NCBI RefSeq assembly: GCF_013365475.1
Contig: NZ_CP046579.1
Span: forward strand, 30,001-62,000
Direction: 5' to 3'
Origin: Candidatus Saccharimonadota bacterium
GTDB taxonomy: Bacteria > Pseudomonadota > Alphaproteobacteria > Rickettsiales > Anaplasmataceae
Length of the DNA: 32,000 nt
The translations under genes and the position numbers were made by a program. Shown here one piece after another: positions 1 to 10,413 of this stretch; the stretch's first letter is position 1; every line of letters starts with the position of its first letter. The notes beneath the pieces are model-generated. The model did not search any database. It was not told the DNA's origin and saw only the letters and a program-made list of their open reading frames with translations.

Positions 1-1827
1 ATGGAAGAAATGTTCGATAAATTTTTTGCTTACTCTGTTTGGAAAAAACTTGCAGCGCTTTTTCATTATCAAATGTGGACAAGCATCTTTATTGTACCTC
101 CTATCCTTATAGGAATTGTTTTATATTTCCTGCTATGTGTATATGCTTACATAATATTCCTTTTTGGCTTTGTAGGTACAGCTTTCCTTATAGCTATAAT
201 GCCACTGTTTCTCATTTCTATTTTATTTTCACCACTGAAAAGTCTATTTGAAGGTTGGATAAAATTCTGTATCAGCCTTTGTTTACAATCGATCATGATA
301 TTTGCCTTACTGTCATTGTTAGCCTCAATTATAATGAACACTTTTTACAGACAGCTAGGGTTCACTGTATGTTACAATAAGTGGCTTGAAGTAAAATTGT
401 GTGCTCCAAGATGGGTACTTGGAGGGTTTTGCATTATTGATAAACAGTACTTTGGTTGGACTCCAGGACAAATTTTTATACCCTACTCTCTTGGAGAGAG
501 AGCTTCATTGAAAGTGGATAAAAGTGTAGAGGATACAGAAAAATTAAGCAGAGTAAGTAGTACAGTAAAATTTACTGGTGGTGCTCACTATATTCATCTT
601 CCCCCAAATTATATCGAAGAGGGTTTCCGTTATATAGATTATCCTTTCCTTAACCCCATTACAAGTACTAAAGATAATCCAGCAGATCACTATATCACTG
701 AAAGTGATATAGTAGTTGACAAGAACTGTAGTGCCAAAGACTTGGTACGTTTAATAAACAGTTTATCTCATGCTACAGAAAAAGACGATGTTTTACTGTT
801 AATCAAAAATATAGAAAAAAAAATAGACAACATAGATAATGAACTCGCAGAGCGTTACTGCCATCTTCAAAAAGATGAAGGTAAATGCAAAGATTACAAA
901 AGAATAATAGAAGATTATAGGAGAGGCATTATTCAACCAAATTTAAAAAGTGAAATAAAATCCTTATCAGAAAGAATAATAGAAAGTCAGGGTTGTAGAG
1001 TAATAAAATTTCATGAACTAAATAAGAACCTTAACGATAAATTCTGCCAGAAATATGAAGATTACAATGATTGCAAAAATTATCAATTGATAAGTAGAGA
1101 TTACCGAAGAGTACAAGACATACAAAAAGGCTATCTAATTGATATAGGAGAGGTTTTTATGTTATTTTTTCTTTCATTTTTAATGTTCTCCTTACGCGAG
1201 TTTGTACAACAGGTAGGGTCAAGTATCGCGAGCGGTGGCTTTAGTCTTTATAGTATATCTAATATATATTCAACATCACCTCTGATTAGAGTAATAGATG
1301 GATTCAAACACCAGTGGCAAAATTTTTCTGGTAGCAAACTAGAATCATTAGGAAGTTGGGCTACCCATTTACCAAATAGATTTGCCGGGGGGGCAGCTAA
1401 CGTATTGAACAGGGTGCCAAAAGTTGGGAATGTGCTAAAATACACTATTGATGTGCCACGCAAACTTGTAAGTGCTGCTATTGAAGCAACAAAATTTGTA
1501 ACATCATCTGAAAACAGTGTTGATAAGCTCGAAGAAAAAATTTATAAAGCATTTGGAATTGATAAAGAAGATATTCTACATAGAAGAATTGGCAGATATT
1601 TAGACTATTATAAAGTATATACTGGATCACACTTAGGTTATACAATAGAAGATGCCATAAGGTTTACTTGGAGGCATACTGTTGATTCTATAGGAAAGCA
1701 TAGCTATAGCTGTAATTTACTCTATAGAACAAGATCTTATAGGAGAGAGTTCTTAGAAAAACTTCATGATTATACTATAGGACACATGAAAAAGCCAGAG
1801 AGGGATAAAGAAAATGATGAAAGTTAA
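1..1827 (+). CDS. virB6: VirB6-family type IV secretion inner-membrane protein, 5'-partial (ORF open to the window edge), with a long hydrophilic C-terminal extension
   Basis: The first ~115 aa form several hydrophobic helices (IVPPILIGIVLYFLLCVYAYIIFLFGFVGTAFLIAIMPLFLISILF; ISLCLQSIMIFALLSLLASIIM), as in the polytopic TrbL/VirB6 core. A ~270-aa hydrophilic region, another hydrophobic segment (VFMLFFLSFLMFSL) and a ~200-aa tail follow. This is the architecture of the enlarged VirB6 paralogs of Anaplasmataceae. The family call is from recall, not a search. Confidence 0.6.
   Translation: MEEMFDKFFAYSVWKKLAALFHYQMWTSIFIVPPILIGIVLYFLLCVYAYIIFLFGFVGTAFLIAIMPLFLISILFSPLKSLFEGWIKFCISLCLQSIMIFALLSLLASIIMNTFYRQLGFTVCYNKWLEVKLCAPRWVLGGFCIIDKQYFGWTPGQIFIPYSLGERASLKVDKSVEDTEKLSRVSSTVKFTGGAHYIHLPPNYIEEGFRYIDYPFLNPITSTKDNPADHYITESDIVVDKNCSAKDLVRLINSLSHATEKDDVLLLIKNIEKKIDNIDNELAERYCHLQKDEGKCKDYKRIIEDYRRGIIQPNLKSEIKSLSERIIESQGCRVIKFHELNKNLNDKFCQKYEDYNDCKNYQLISRDYRRVQDIQKGYLIDIGEVFMLFFLSFLMFSLREFVQQVGSSIASGGFSLYSISNIYSTSPLIRVIDGFKHQWQNFSGSKLESLGSWATHLPNRFAGGAANVLNRVPKVGNVLKYTIDVPRKLVSAAIEATKFVTSSENSVDKLEEKIYKAFGIDKEDILHRRIGRYLDYYKVYTGSHLGYTIEDAIRFTWRHTVDSIGKHSYSCNLLYRTRSYRREFLEKLHDYTIGHMKKPERDKENDES
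1387..1393 (+). repeat. G7 homopolymer inside virB6
   Basis: gcc ggg ggg gca encodes A-G-G-A (aa 462-465). It is the longest G/C run I see in the window. Confidence 0.9.
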
Positions 1828-2443
1828 TAAAAAAAATTTTCAAGACTTTGACTACTATAAACTACGCCATGATAAGAATGGTCATATAAAGTTGAGTGAT
1901 TATGATGACATTTTAAATGCACGTAGAGCACGATTAGACCTACTATTAGATAAAGTCAAGGAAGATGATATTAATCTTTCAAAGATTAATAGAGCTCTTA
2001 GTGAGAAACTTGCAGATAATAGGGAATTGTTGTCTGCATTTAATGACGTAGATCAAAAAACTGCACAAGAAGAACTTAAAGTGTTTAAAATTTTAAATAA
2101 TCTTGACAATCTTGCAAATATAAAAAGTAAAGATCTACTAGAAGTTAGTTTACTGCTGTCAGATCTTAGCTTTATAGAAAGGAACATAGTAAATGCAAAT
2201 TACGACTCTGGTTTAGAAGAACTTAAAAATTTTTTTGACGAAAAAAGAGTATCTGATAAAGAGTATAGCAATGAGGAATGTAAAAGTTTTCTCGATAATG
2301 CAGATAAAATTAATGCTCTAATTAAATTAGAACTGGAAAGCAGGATTAAAAAACTAATCCATGATGAAATAAGTGATTATAGTAGCTTACAAGATGAGAT
2401 TAACTATGCTATTGGTATAGCAAATAAATCAAAAAAAAAGTAA
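1814..2443 (+). CDS. Hypothetical acidic coiled-coil protein (209 aa), translationally coupled to virB6
   Basis: The ATG at 1814 overlaps the virB6 stop (TAA 1825-1827) by 14 nt. The protein is rich in D/E/K/L/N with heptad-like leucine spacing and ends in a basic tail, ANKSKKK. I recognise no family. Confidence 0.55.
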   Translation: MMKVNKKNFQDFDYYKLRHDKNGHIKLSDYDDILNARRARLDLLLDKVKEDDINLSKINRALSEKLADNRELLSAFNDVDQKTAQEELKVFKILNNLDNLANIKSKDLLEVSLLLSDLSFIERNIVNANYDSGLEELKNFFDEKRVSDKEYSNEECKSFLDNADKINALIKLELESRIKKLIHDEISDYSSLQDEINYAIGIANKSKKK

Positions 2444-2542
2444 TTAGTATCTTATACCTTCAATTTTCTTTTACCAATAGATTTAAAGTAATATTTACAT
2501 TAGTTATAAATTGTAAAATAATTATTTTGCAGATCTTTTAAT

Positions 2543-3091
2543 ATGCTGCGCATTATTGCCGGAAAGTATCGTGGGAGGAAAATAGCTACAGATGAGCACT
2601 TATCCATGCAACCAACCATGGGAGTTGTTAGAGAAGCAATATTTAATATACTTTCCTCAAAGAAACCAGTTTTTAACTTAAACGTGCTTGATTTGTTTTG
2701 TGGAAGTGGCTCATTTTCGTTTGAGGCACTTTCTCGAGGTGCTAAACATGCATTCATGGTAGACTCAAACTATTACAATTTGCAGTTACCTAAAAAAACA
2801 GCTAAATCTTTTAGCATTACAGAAAATATTACACTAATCTGTTGCAGTGCTAATCAGTTACCGAAAACTATTTCACAATGTGACCTAGTTTTTATAGATC
2901 CTCCTTACAATAGTAATCTGATTCACTCAACTTTAGATAGATTAGCTAACTCAGGTTGGCTAAGTGATGATGCATTGATAATTCTTGAAATTAGGAAAGA
3001 TGAAGATTTTGAATATAAAAAAAACCTTAACGTGATTTTAGAACGTGCTTATGGCATAGCAAAAATAATTTTTTTTTCCTTACCAACTTAA
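2543..3091 (+). CDS. rsmD: 16S rRNA (guanine966-N2)-methyltransferase RsmD
   Basis: 182 aa with the N-terminal MLRIIAGKYRGRKI, the SAM-binding motif DLFCGSGSFSFEALSRGA and the catalytic FIDPPY motif typical of RsmD. Confidence 0.85.
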   Translation: MLRIIAGKYRGRKIATDEHLSMQPTMGVVREAIFNILSSKKPVFNLNVLDLFCGSGSFSFEALSRGAKHAFMVDSNYYNLQLPKKTAKSFSITENITLICCSANQLPKTISQCDLVFIDPPYNSNLIHSTLDRLANSGWLSDDALIILEIRKDEDFEYKKNLNVILERAYGIAKIIFFSLPT

Positions 3092-3242
3092 GCTTGCATA
3101 TTCTTTCCATGGTATAGGCTCAAGCCAACTTGGTTAAGTTTTAAAAGAGTTTGCTCACTTTATAACATTTGTCAAAATTTTTATTAAACCCGCAACTTAC
3201 AAAATATTCGTGTGCATCACTAATAATTTATTCTCTTTCTTT

Positions 3243-3466
3243 TATATTTTATTTTACTCACACAATAGACTAAATAATCTTTGTGGTTAGCATGAATATT
3301 ATTTCATCTTTTTCTAGTGCATTTCCTAAGCTAATAACAGATAAGCTTATCAAAAAAGCGCACATCATCGTTTTCTTCACCTCCATTAATATGGAGTATT
3401 TTTTATTTTATTTCACACAATATTATAGAAATTAAACTCAAGTTCACAATAAATAGACTAAAAATC
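3243..3466. repeat. Degenerate direct repeats sharing TTTTATTTTAYTYCACACAATA and CACAATA..ATAGACTAAA
   Basis: Copy 1 (3243-3279) reads tatattttattttactcacacaatagactaaataatc. Copy 2 is split into tattttttattttatttcacacaata (3397-3422) and cacaataaatagactaaaaatc (3445-3466). The split pieces are bounded by the short direct repeat CACAATA. Confidence 0.5.
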
Positions 3467-4502
3467 CAATAACCTTATAAAAATGAATTCTATAATCATA
3501 GAAATCTCTTCAAAACTTCCAATGCAATTGGACTACAAGAGAATTGGTATATAAAATTATATCATTTACAAACGATATGTTTAACATTATCGTTCTGACT
3601 AAGCCAATTTGTTATCACTTGTTAAAAATTTATATAGTACTACAATCTTCTTTTCAAAGGAAACCATATAAAATATTCCTACATGCCTTTCCAGGCTCTT
3701 AGCTTATACATTCACCATCAAGTTTTTCCTATAGTATTTTATCCATTCATAATTAGACTCATTTTTAAACAAACTCCTTCTTAATAAAATCAAAATTTGT
3801 TCATAAGTATGGTATAAAAACATATTATGCTAGTATCAGCAATATCACTGATATGACAAAAGGCAACTCCATCTGAACACTTTTTACTTTAGTCTTTTGG
3901 TATGCTAAATAATGACACAACAGGAGCAATCTACAATATTGCAGAGCACAACACGACGATATTATTCTTTATTAAATGTAACCTTTTGCTTTTTATATGC
4001 ATCTTTATTTAGTGCATTAGCATAATACCACAATACAAACAAATAACTTCTATTTTATCACTAGTGGATATTTAGCTCTTTTAACATGAAAGTTTAGAAA
4101 ATCAAGTTAATCTTGTAGTATAAGTATAAAATAGCAGCATAGCAAAAAATTTACAAGAAACTCTCTATACTTTCTTTTAAATGTCATTTATGAAAGATCC
4201 TAAATAGTCATCAAAAAAAATACTACCCTAAAAATTCAGCCAATGTCATCCATTTTATGGGGTAGTGAAATCTATCAACTGACTTCAAATACTATAGTCA
4301 TGGCAATAGTTTTATGAAGAATGGGCAACCAACTTAACAGAGTATCTGTTTCCTTTGGTAAGGCAGAAAATTGCAAAACACTTTTTAGAACCTTTGCCAC
4401 TTAATTTAGCCTAGTTTAAAAGACATGCATGACAGCCAACCAACATTCTTATTGTATATATATTAAAATTTCCTCTTTTAGCTCATATTTTGTTAACCTT
4501 TG

Positions 4503-5849
4503 CTACATAGTGTGCCTGAGACTTTTAAACATTCCATAAAATGCTTCACCACGTTCTTCAAAATTTTCCCATTGGTCAAAAGAAGCACATGCAGGAGAAA
4601 GTAATATAGTTATTTCCTCCTTACTGTTTATAGCTTCTTCGAAAGCTAGTTCAAATGCACTTGCCAAATTGTAACACTTCACAAAATCTACTTCATTTTC
4701 CATAGTTTTTGCAAAAACTTCAGTTGATTCGCCAATAAGAAAAGCTTTTCTAACATTTAGAAAATGCCTTCTTAGCGACTCTATACCGCCTTCTTTACTT
4801 CTTCCACCAACAATCCAATATATGTTTTTATGAGACAAAATTGCTCTTTCGCTTGATTTAGCATTAGTAGCTTTGCTATCATTCACAAAAAGAACATTTG
4901 CTATTTTACCAAGAAATTCATTTCTATGCCTTAACCAGGAAAAGGATTTGATCCCATTGATAATAGCCTTTTTATCCACTTTAAGCAGATTACACACAAC
5001 ATATGCAGCTGCTATATTTTCCGAGTTAGATATTAAGTTAATCTTCACCTCATCTACACAGTTCTCTAATTCTAGTTGTGTTCCAGTATCTGAGCACTGA
5101 AACGACAAAAAAGGTAGTTGAAATAGCACCGAAGATAAGATAGGAATTTTATTTCCAGTAAATCTATTAAATATATCAGCAGTAATCTTATCATCACACC
5201 CTATAGCAGCAACCACACTTCCATTTACTAGCTTTGATTTTATCGATATGTAATTCTCCATACTTCCATGCCTATCTATATGGTCTTGTGTAATATTGAG
5301 TAATACTGCAATATCTAAATTAATTTCATCAATTAGCTCTAATTGAAAAGAAGAAAATTCAATTACATAAATTTCTGCATTCCTGCTCAAGTCTAAAACC
5401 GGAACACCTAAATTCCCACCAACAGCTACCTTTTTTCCTGCAGACTTTAATATGTGCCATATTAGTGATGTAGTAGTTGATTTCCCATTCGTTCCAGTAA
5501 CACCTATTACTTTCTGGCTTATAGCTTTATTTTCAAGAAATATCTCGATATCTGACTTTATCTTGCATCTGAAGTCTCTTGCAAGTTTTACGACCCAATG
5601 TGGTGCAGGATATGAAATCGGTATCCCAGGGCTTAAGATCAGTATTCTTATCTCATGCCAATTATACTCCTTGGGATGGATGAAACTGCACTCCTTACAT
5701 ATCGCACTTGCATTTGCAATCTTCTCTTTATCATCATCCCATGCATACGTTCTTGCACCCCAATTTACTAGGGTATTAATAACAGACAAACCAGTTTTAC
5801 CAAGACCAAAAACTGCAACACTTTGATTTTTATACTTCCTAAGCTGCAT
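4503..5849 (-). CDS. murD: UDP-N-acetylmuramoylalanine--D-glutamate ligase MurD
   Basis: 448 aa with an N-terminal Rossmann-like VFGLGKTG and the Mur-ligase P-loop GVTGTNGKSTTT. Length and domain order match MurD. Confidence 0.9.
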   Translation of the reverse strand: MQLRKYKNQSVAVFGLGKTGLSVINTLVNWGARTYAWDDDKEKIANASAICKECSFIHPKEYNWHEIRILILSPGIPISYPAPHWVVKLARDFRCKIKSDIEIFLENKAISQKVIGVTGTNGKSTTTSLIWHILKSAGKKVAVGGNLGVPVLDLSRNAEIYVIEFSSFQLELIDEINLDIAVLLNITQDHIDRHGSMENYISIKSKLVNGSVVAAIGCDDKITADIFNRFTGNKIPILSSVLFQLPFLSFQCSDTGTQLELENCVDEVKINLISNSENIAAAYVVCNLLKVDKKAIINGIKSFSWLRHRNEFLGKIANVLFVNDSKATNAKSSERAILSHKNIYWIVGGRSKEGGIESLRRHFLNVRKAFLIGESTEVFAKTMENEVDFVKCYNLASAFELAFEEAINSKEEITILLSPACASFDQWENFEERGEAFYGMFKSLRHTM

Positions 5850-5905
5850 TACCTATTCTAGTTAAAAAATATTACATAAGTTATTAATAGGATAAACTTA
5901 AGAGT

Positions 5906-5934
5906 TTGCAAATGTTAACTGTCACATGTAAAAT
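5906..5934 (+). promoter_or_regulatory. Candidate sigma70 promoter for the ferredoxin operon: TTGCAA-N17-TAAAAT
   Basis: TTGCAA (5906-5911), a 17-nt spacer, then TAAAAT (5929-5934), 33 nt upstream of the ATG at 5968. It lies in the 118-bp divergent murD/fdx intergenic region. Confidence 0.4.
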
Positions 5935-5967
5935 ACAAAGTTGGTAAGGATTTAATGGGAGAATGAT

Positions 5968-6318
5968 ATGCCATTTGTCACTTTTATTTTACCTGATGGA
6001 AGTAAGAAAATCTATGAGGCTATAGAGGGAGAAACTTTACTCAATTTAGCTCACAGAAAGGATCCAAATTTACTTGAAGGCGCGTGTGAAGGTTCTCTTG
6101 CTTGCTCTACATGCCATGTAGTTATTGATCCAAAACTTTACGATATTGTAGAAATACATAATCCAATATCTGATGAAGAAAACGATATGTTAGACCTAGT
6201 CTTCGGGTTGACAGAAACATCAAGGCTTGGATGTCAAATAAAAGTTACAAAAGATATCGAAAGTTTATGTGTAACCATACCAAGGAGTACAAGAAATATA
6301 TCAATAGATAAATATTAG
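5968..6318 (+). CDS. fdx: Adrenodoxin-type [2Fe-2S] ferredoxin
   Basis: 116 aa with the cysteine pattern C-x5-C-x2-C (CEGSLACSTCH) plus a distal LGCQI. A Shine-Dalgarno-like GGGAGA (5957-5962) lies 5 nt before the ATG. Confidence 0.9.
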   Translation: MPFVTFILPDGSKKIYEAIEGETLLNLAHRKDPNLLEGACEGSLACSTCHVVIDPKLYDIVEIHNPISDEENDMLDLVFGLTETSRLGCQIKVTKDIESLCVTIPRSTRNISIDKY

Positions 6319-6322
6319 AGCT

Positions 6323-7372
6323 ATGCGCAAAGTTTTTACCCATGTTATAGTTTCTTTACTCTTGTTTATTCCTGCTACATATAGTGGGTTTTGGTATTTT
6401 TCTACGTTTAAAATAAAAAATCTTTTGGCTGAGATAATGTTATATATTAGTAGCAAAAAGCCTGATGTTTCATCAGATTTTAGCGGATTTCCTTCTAGTC
6501 TAATTTTCCATATAATAAACCCCAAATTCTCCAATGAAGAATTAACCATATCTTCTGATTCCCTATTAATAAGAAATAGATTGTTTGATAAGTCGATATA
6601 TATCTATGTGCCAAGCAATGAAGTCAGTATTATTATGCATGGTAATAAGAAAGGCAATATAAAGTGCCACACAAATAATAACAACCATTTTATTGTCAAG
6701 TTAAGTAATTCACCATCTTTATTGTGGTTCAATAAAAATATCAACATAATAGACTACATAGATAAGCTTCGCTACGAAGATTATGGTTTAAAATGTGATG
6801 CTTCACTTGATTTAGAAAATCAGCAAAGTATTACAACTGAGGTAAATGGCAAAAGTAATTATATTCAACTTCATATCAACAAGGAACCAAGTAAAAATAA
6901 TAAGCTGAAGTTTGATTTTTATATTCACAGGTATAAAGACTCTACAAATCCTGAAAGCTACCTTAGTATTGATACTAAATTCGATTACGAGTTTATAAAC
7001 CAGATCTCAGCTACAAGAATTAATTTTAACATAGAAAAGTTTCTAATTCAGAATAACAATTTTTCCATTACTGCAGATGGTATGCTAAATAATTACAATA
7101 TGGTTACATCTTCATTTAAAAATGCAATTAATGTGTCTATACTAAACTATAGAGAATTAATTTCCTTTATAACTAGAAATCCAAAAACTTCAGGTAGACT
7201 CGAAAAATTAATATCTTCTTTATCAGAAAGAACGACTGATAACAGTATTCACTTTTCAATAAAATATAACGAAAATACAGGATCAAGCTCTATTGGTAAA
7301 TTACATATTACTGACCTTATAGATCAATTAGACAAAATTTCTGAGCTAGATAAAAATGAGAACGATAGTTAA
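6323..7372 (+). CDS. Hypothetical membrane-anchored protein (349 aa), possibly DUF2125-like
   Basis: It has an N-terminal hydrophobic anchor (VIVSLLLFIPATYSGFWYF) followed by a GFPSSL motif, and the rest is N/S/K-rich and soluble. It starts 4 nt after the ferredoxin stop and overlaps ccmH by 17 nt, so it is probably co-transcribed. The DUF2125 resemblance is weak recall only. Confidence 0.55.
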   Translation: MRKVFTHVIVSLLLFIPATYSGFWYFSTFKIKNLLAEIMLYISSKKPDVSSDFSGFPSSLIFHIINPKFSNEELTISSDSLLIRNRLFDKSIYIYVPSNEVSIIMHGNKKGNIKCHTNNNNHFIVKLSNSPSLLWFNKNINIIDYIDKLRYEDYGLKCDASLDLENQQSITTEVNGKSNYIQLHINKEPSKNNKLKFDFYIHRYKDSTNPESYLSIDTKFDYEFINQISATRINFNIEKFLIQNNNFSITADGMLNNYNMVTSSFKNAINVSILNYRELISFITRNPKTSGRLEKLISSLSERTTDNSIHFSIKYNENTGSSSIGKLHITDLIDQLDKISELDKNENDS

Positions 7373-7742
7373 CTTACTTTTTACATTAATATTTTGGTTC
7401 AATACCAGTGCCTTTACTCTAGATGATGAGCTTAGTGACAAAAGCATGGAGAAACGTGCAACTAATTTATTTGAGATAATAAAGTGTCCAATATGTTCTG
7501 GTGAATTGCTATCTGAATCTGAATCTCAAGTTGCACTTAACATACGCAAAGCAATTCGCAAAAAAATCGTCAATCAGTACACAGATGAGCAAATAATTTC
7601 AGAGCTGAAAAACTTCTATGGGAACTCAATTATCACCATTCCTCCTGTAAAAGCAAGCACTTATATCTTATGGTTTGCTCCATTTATAATCATAGTAATA
7701 GGGTACTTCTTAATACAAAAATGCATTAATAATAAGCTTTAA
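7356..7742 (+). CDS. ccmH: Cytochrome c-type biogenesis protein CcmH
   Basis: 128 aa with an N-terminal signal-like segment, the CcmH CxxC motif in IKCPICSGELLSES followed by IRKAIRKKI, and a C-terminal TM helix (ILWFAPFIIIVIGYFLI). Confidence 0.8.
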   Translation: MRTIVNLLFTLIFWFNTSAFTLDDELSDKSMEKRATNLFEIIKCPICSGELLSESESQVALNIRKAIRKKIVNQYTDEQIISELKNFYGNSIITIPPVKASTYILWFAPFIIIVIGYFLIQKCINNKL

Positions 7743-8003
7743 CTTCTATGATTTTACGTGGTATATTTAATTTTTGTCCTAGCAATCATCAAAAAATCAA
7801 TTTTGCGCATCCCACATATAAGAGACCATAAATACTATTTATCTACAACATTACTGAAAATCTTGCACATCTCCTTATAACTATGTTGTAATGAAAAGAA
7901 ATTTCCTTAGCCTTACTGCTTCGTGAATAACATATTATATTAGTTTAGTTAGAACAATATAAATAAAAAATTAGAAAACTTAGATATCATAAAATCTATT
8001 TAG

Positions 8004-9110
8004 TTAAGTACATATCCACCCACCACCAATAACCTGCTCACCTCTGTATACTACACAAGCTTGACCTGGACTAACACCAAAGTAATCATCACTTAAAACA
8101 ACATAAGATTTATCATGTTCTCCAGTTGGATATATTGTTGCTAAACTTCCAGCATGCGATGACCTGAGCTTCACAACTACTTCCATACCTTCTCTTGGCT
8201 GTTCTAACCAATTTACCCATCTAACTAGTACTTTTCTTTGCATTAGCGCATTAACTGGTCCAACTACAACTTCATTGTTTCTTCTGTCAATCCTTATCAC
8301 ATAAAGAGGTTCATTACATGAGATACCTAAACCCCTTCTCTGACCGACTGTAAAATTCACTATACCATTATGCTCCCCTAGTACTTTCCCATTTATATCT
8401 ATGATTTTTCCTTTCTGCATAGATTGTGGTGCTAACTCAGCTATTGTTCTGCTATAGTTTTTGGGAACGAAGCATATATCTTGACTGTCTGGCTTTTCAG
8501 AGATTCTCAAATCAAAATACTTTGCTAACTTTCTTACATCATTCTTATAGAACCAACCAAGAGGAAATCTTAAAAACTTAAGTTGCTCTCTTGTAGTAGC
8601 GAACAAGAAGTAACTTTGATCTTTACTTTTATCGATGCTCTTGCATAAGATTATCTTGCCACCTTCCTCTAATCTTCTTACATAATGTCCTGTGACTAAC
8701 ACATCTGTACCAAGATTCTTCGCAACTTGTAATAGATCACGAAATTTCACTGTTTGATTACATTTTATACATGGTATAGGAGTTTCTCCACGCATATAGG
8801 TATCCGCAAAATCCTTTATTACTTCTTCTTTAAAGATTTCCTCGAAGTTTAAGATATAATGAGGAAATCCAGCATTTTCGGCTATGCGCTTTGCATCATA
8901 AACGTCTTGCCCAGCGCAGCATGTTCCTTTTCTCAAATCACTATCACCACTATACAGCTGAAGCGTCACACCTACTACTTGATATCCAAGATAATGGAGT
9001 AACACTGCAACAACAGAACTATCAACTCCACCAGACATTGCAATCATAGCCTTAGTTTGATGTGGAGCTTTATTTCTTAACAAAGGTTCAATTTTAAATT
9101 CCTTTAGCAC
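8004..9110 (-). CDS. mnmA: tRNA-specific 2-thiouridylase MnmA
   Basis: 368 aa with the PP-loop AMSGGVDSSVVA, the conserved cysteines CCAGQD and IPCIKCN, and the C-terminal GGGWI. The ORF-track start at 9110 is GTG. Confidence 0.9.
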   Translation of the reverse strand: MLKEFKIEPLLRNKAPHQTKAMIAMSGGVDSSVVAVLLHYLGYQVVGVTLQLYSGDSDLRKGTCCAGQDVYDAKRIAENAGFPHYILNFEEIFKEEVIKDFADTYMRGETPIPCIKCNQTVKFRDLLQVAKNLGTDVLVTGHYVRRLEEGGKIILCKSIDKSKDQSYFLFATTREQLKFLRFPLGWFYKNDVRKLAKYFDLRISEKPDSQDICFVPKNYSRTIAELAPQSMQKGKIIDINGKVLGEHNGIVNFTVGQRRGLGISCNEPLYVIRIDRRNNEVVVGPVNALMQRKVLVRWVNWLEQPREGMEVVVKLRSSHAGSLATIYPTGEHDKSYVVLSDDYFGVSPGQACVVYRGEQVIGGGWICT

Positions 9111-9318
9111 AATTTTAAACTCACTAAATACAGTTAATAGACCTGACTTCTCTATATTATTATCATTCTTAGCATAAATTTTACTAATAAGTAAAATAAC
9201 AATTCTTATTATTGAATCATAGTAAATCTAGATTATTTAGCTATGTATTATACAGAGCAATAAAAAAAGTACCTTCTGGCAGTTTTAGAATTAAAAACCT
9301 CAACAATTAAAATCACAA

Positions 9319-10401
<1,083 letters not shown>

Positions 10402-10413
10402 TTAAAAAACATT

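Noticed and set aside
815-823. The A9 run here, an A9 run near 2431-2439, and T8 runs as possible transcriptional-slippage or frameshift sites.
   Set aside because: All lie in frame within intact ORFs or at ORF ends. Runs of 8-9 A or T are expected in sequence this AT-rich, and no gene in the window needs slippage to be read through.
1814-2443. The possibility that the 209-aa ORF is simply the frameshifted C-terminus of VirB6.
   Set aside because: VirB6 ends at a clean TAA. The downstream ORF has its own ATG-ATG start in an overlap typical of coupling. The only homopolymer at the junction (the A8 run spanning roughly 1829-1836) lies after both the stop and the start, so it cannot mediate a frame switch. 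Ortholog comparison could still overturn this.
3092-4502. The idea that the gap downstream of murD is a decayed ftsW, the usual dcw-cluster neighbour. The gap size of about 1.4 kb would fit.
   Set aside because: Hand translation of the first ~300 nt downstream of murD on the minus strand gave only short fragments with no FtsW-like hydrophobic motifs. The purine bias of the tract is only weak. The idea is unsupported without a homology search.
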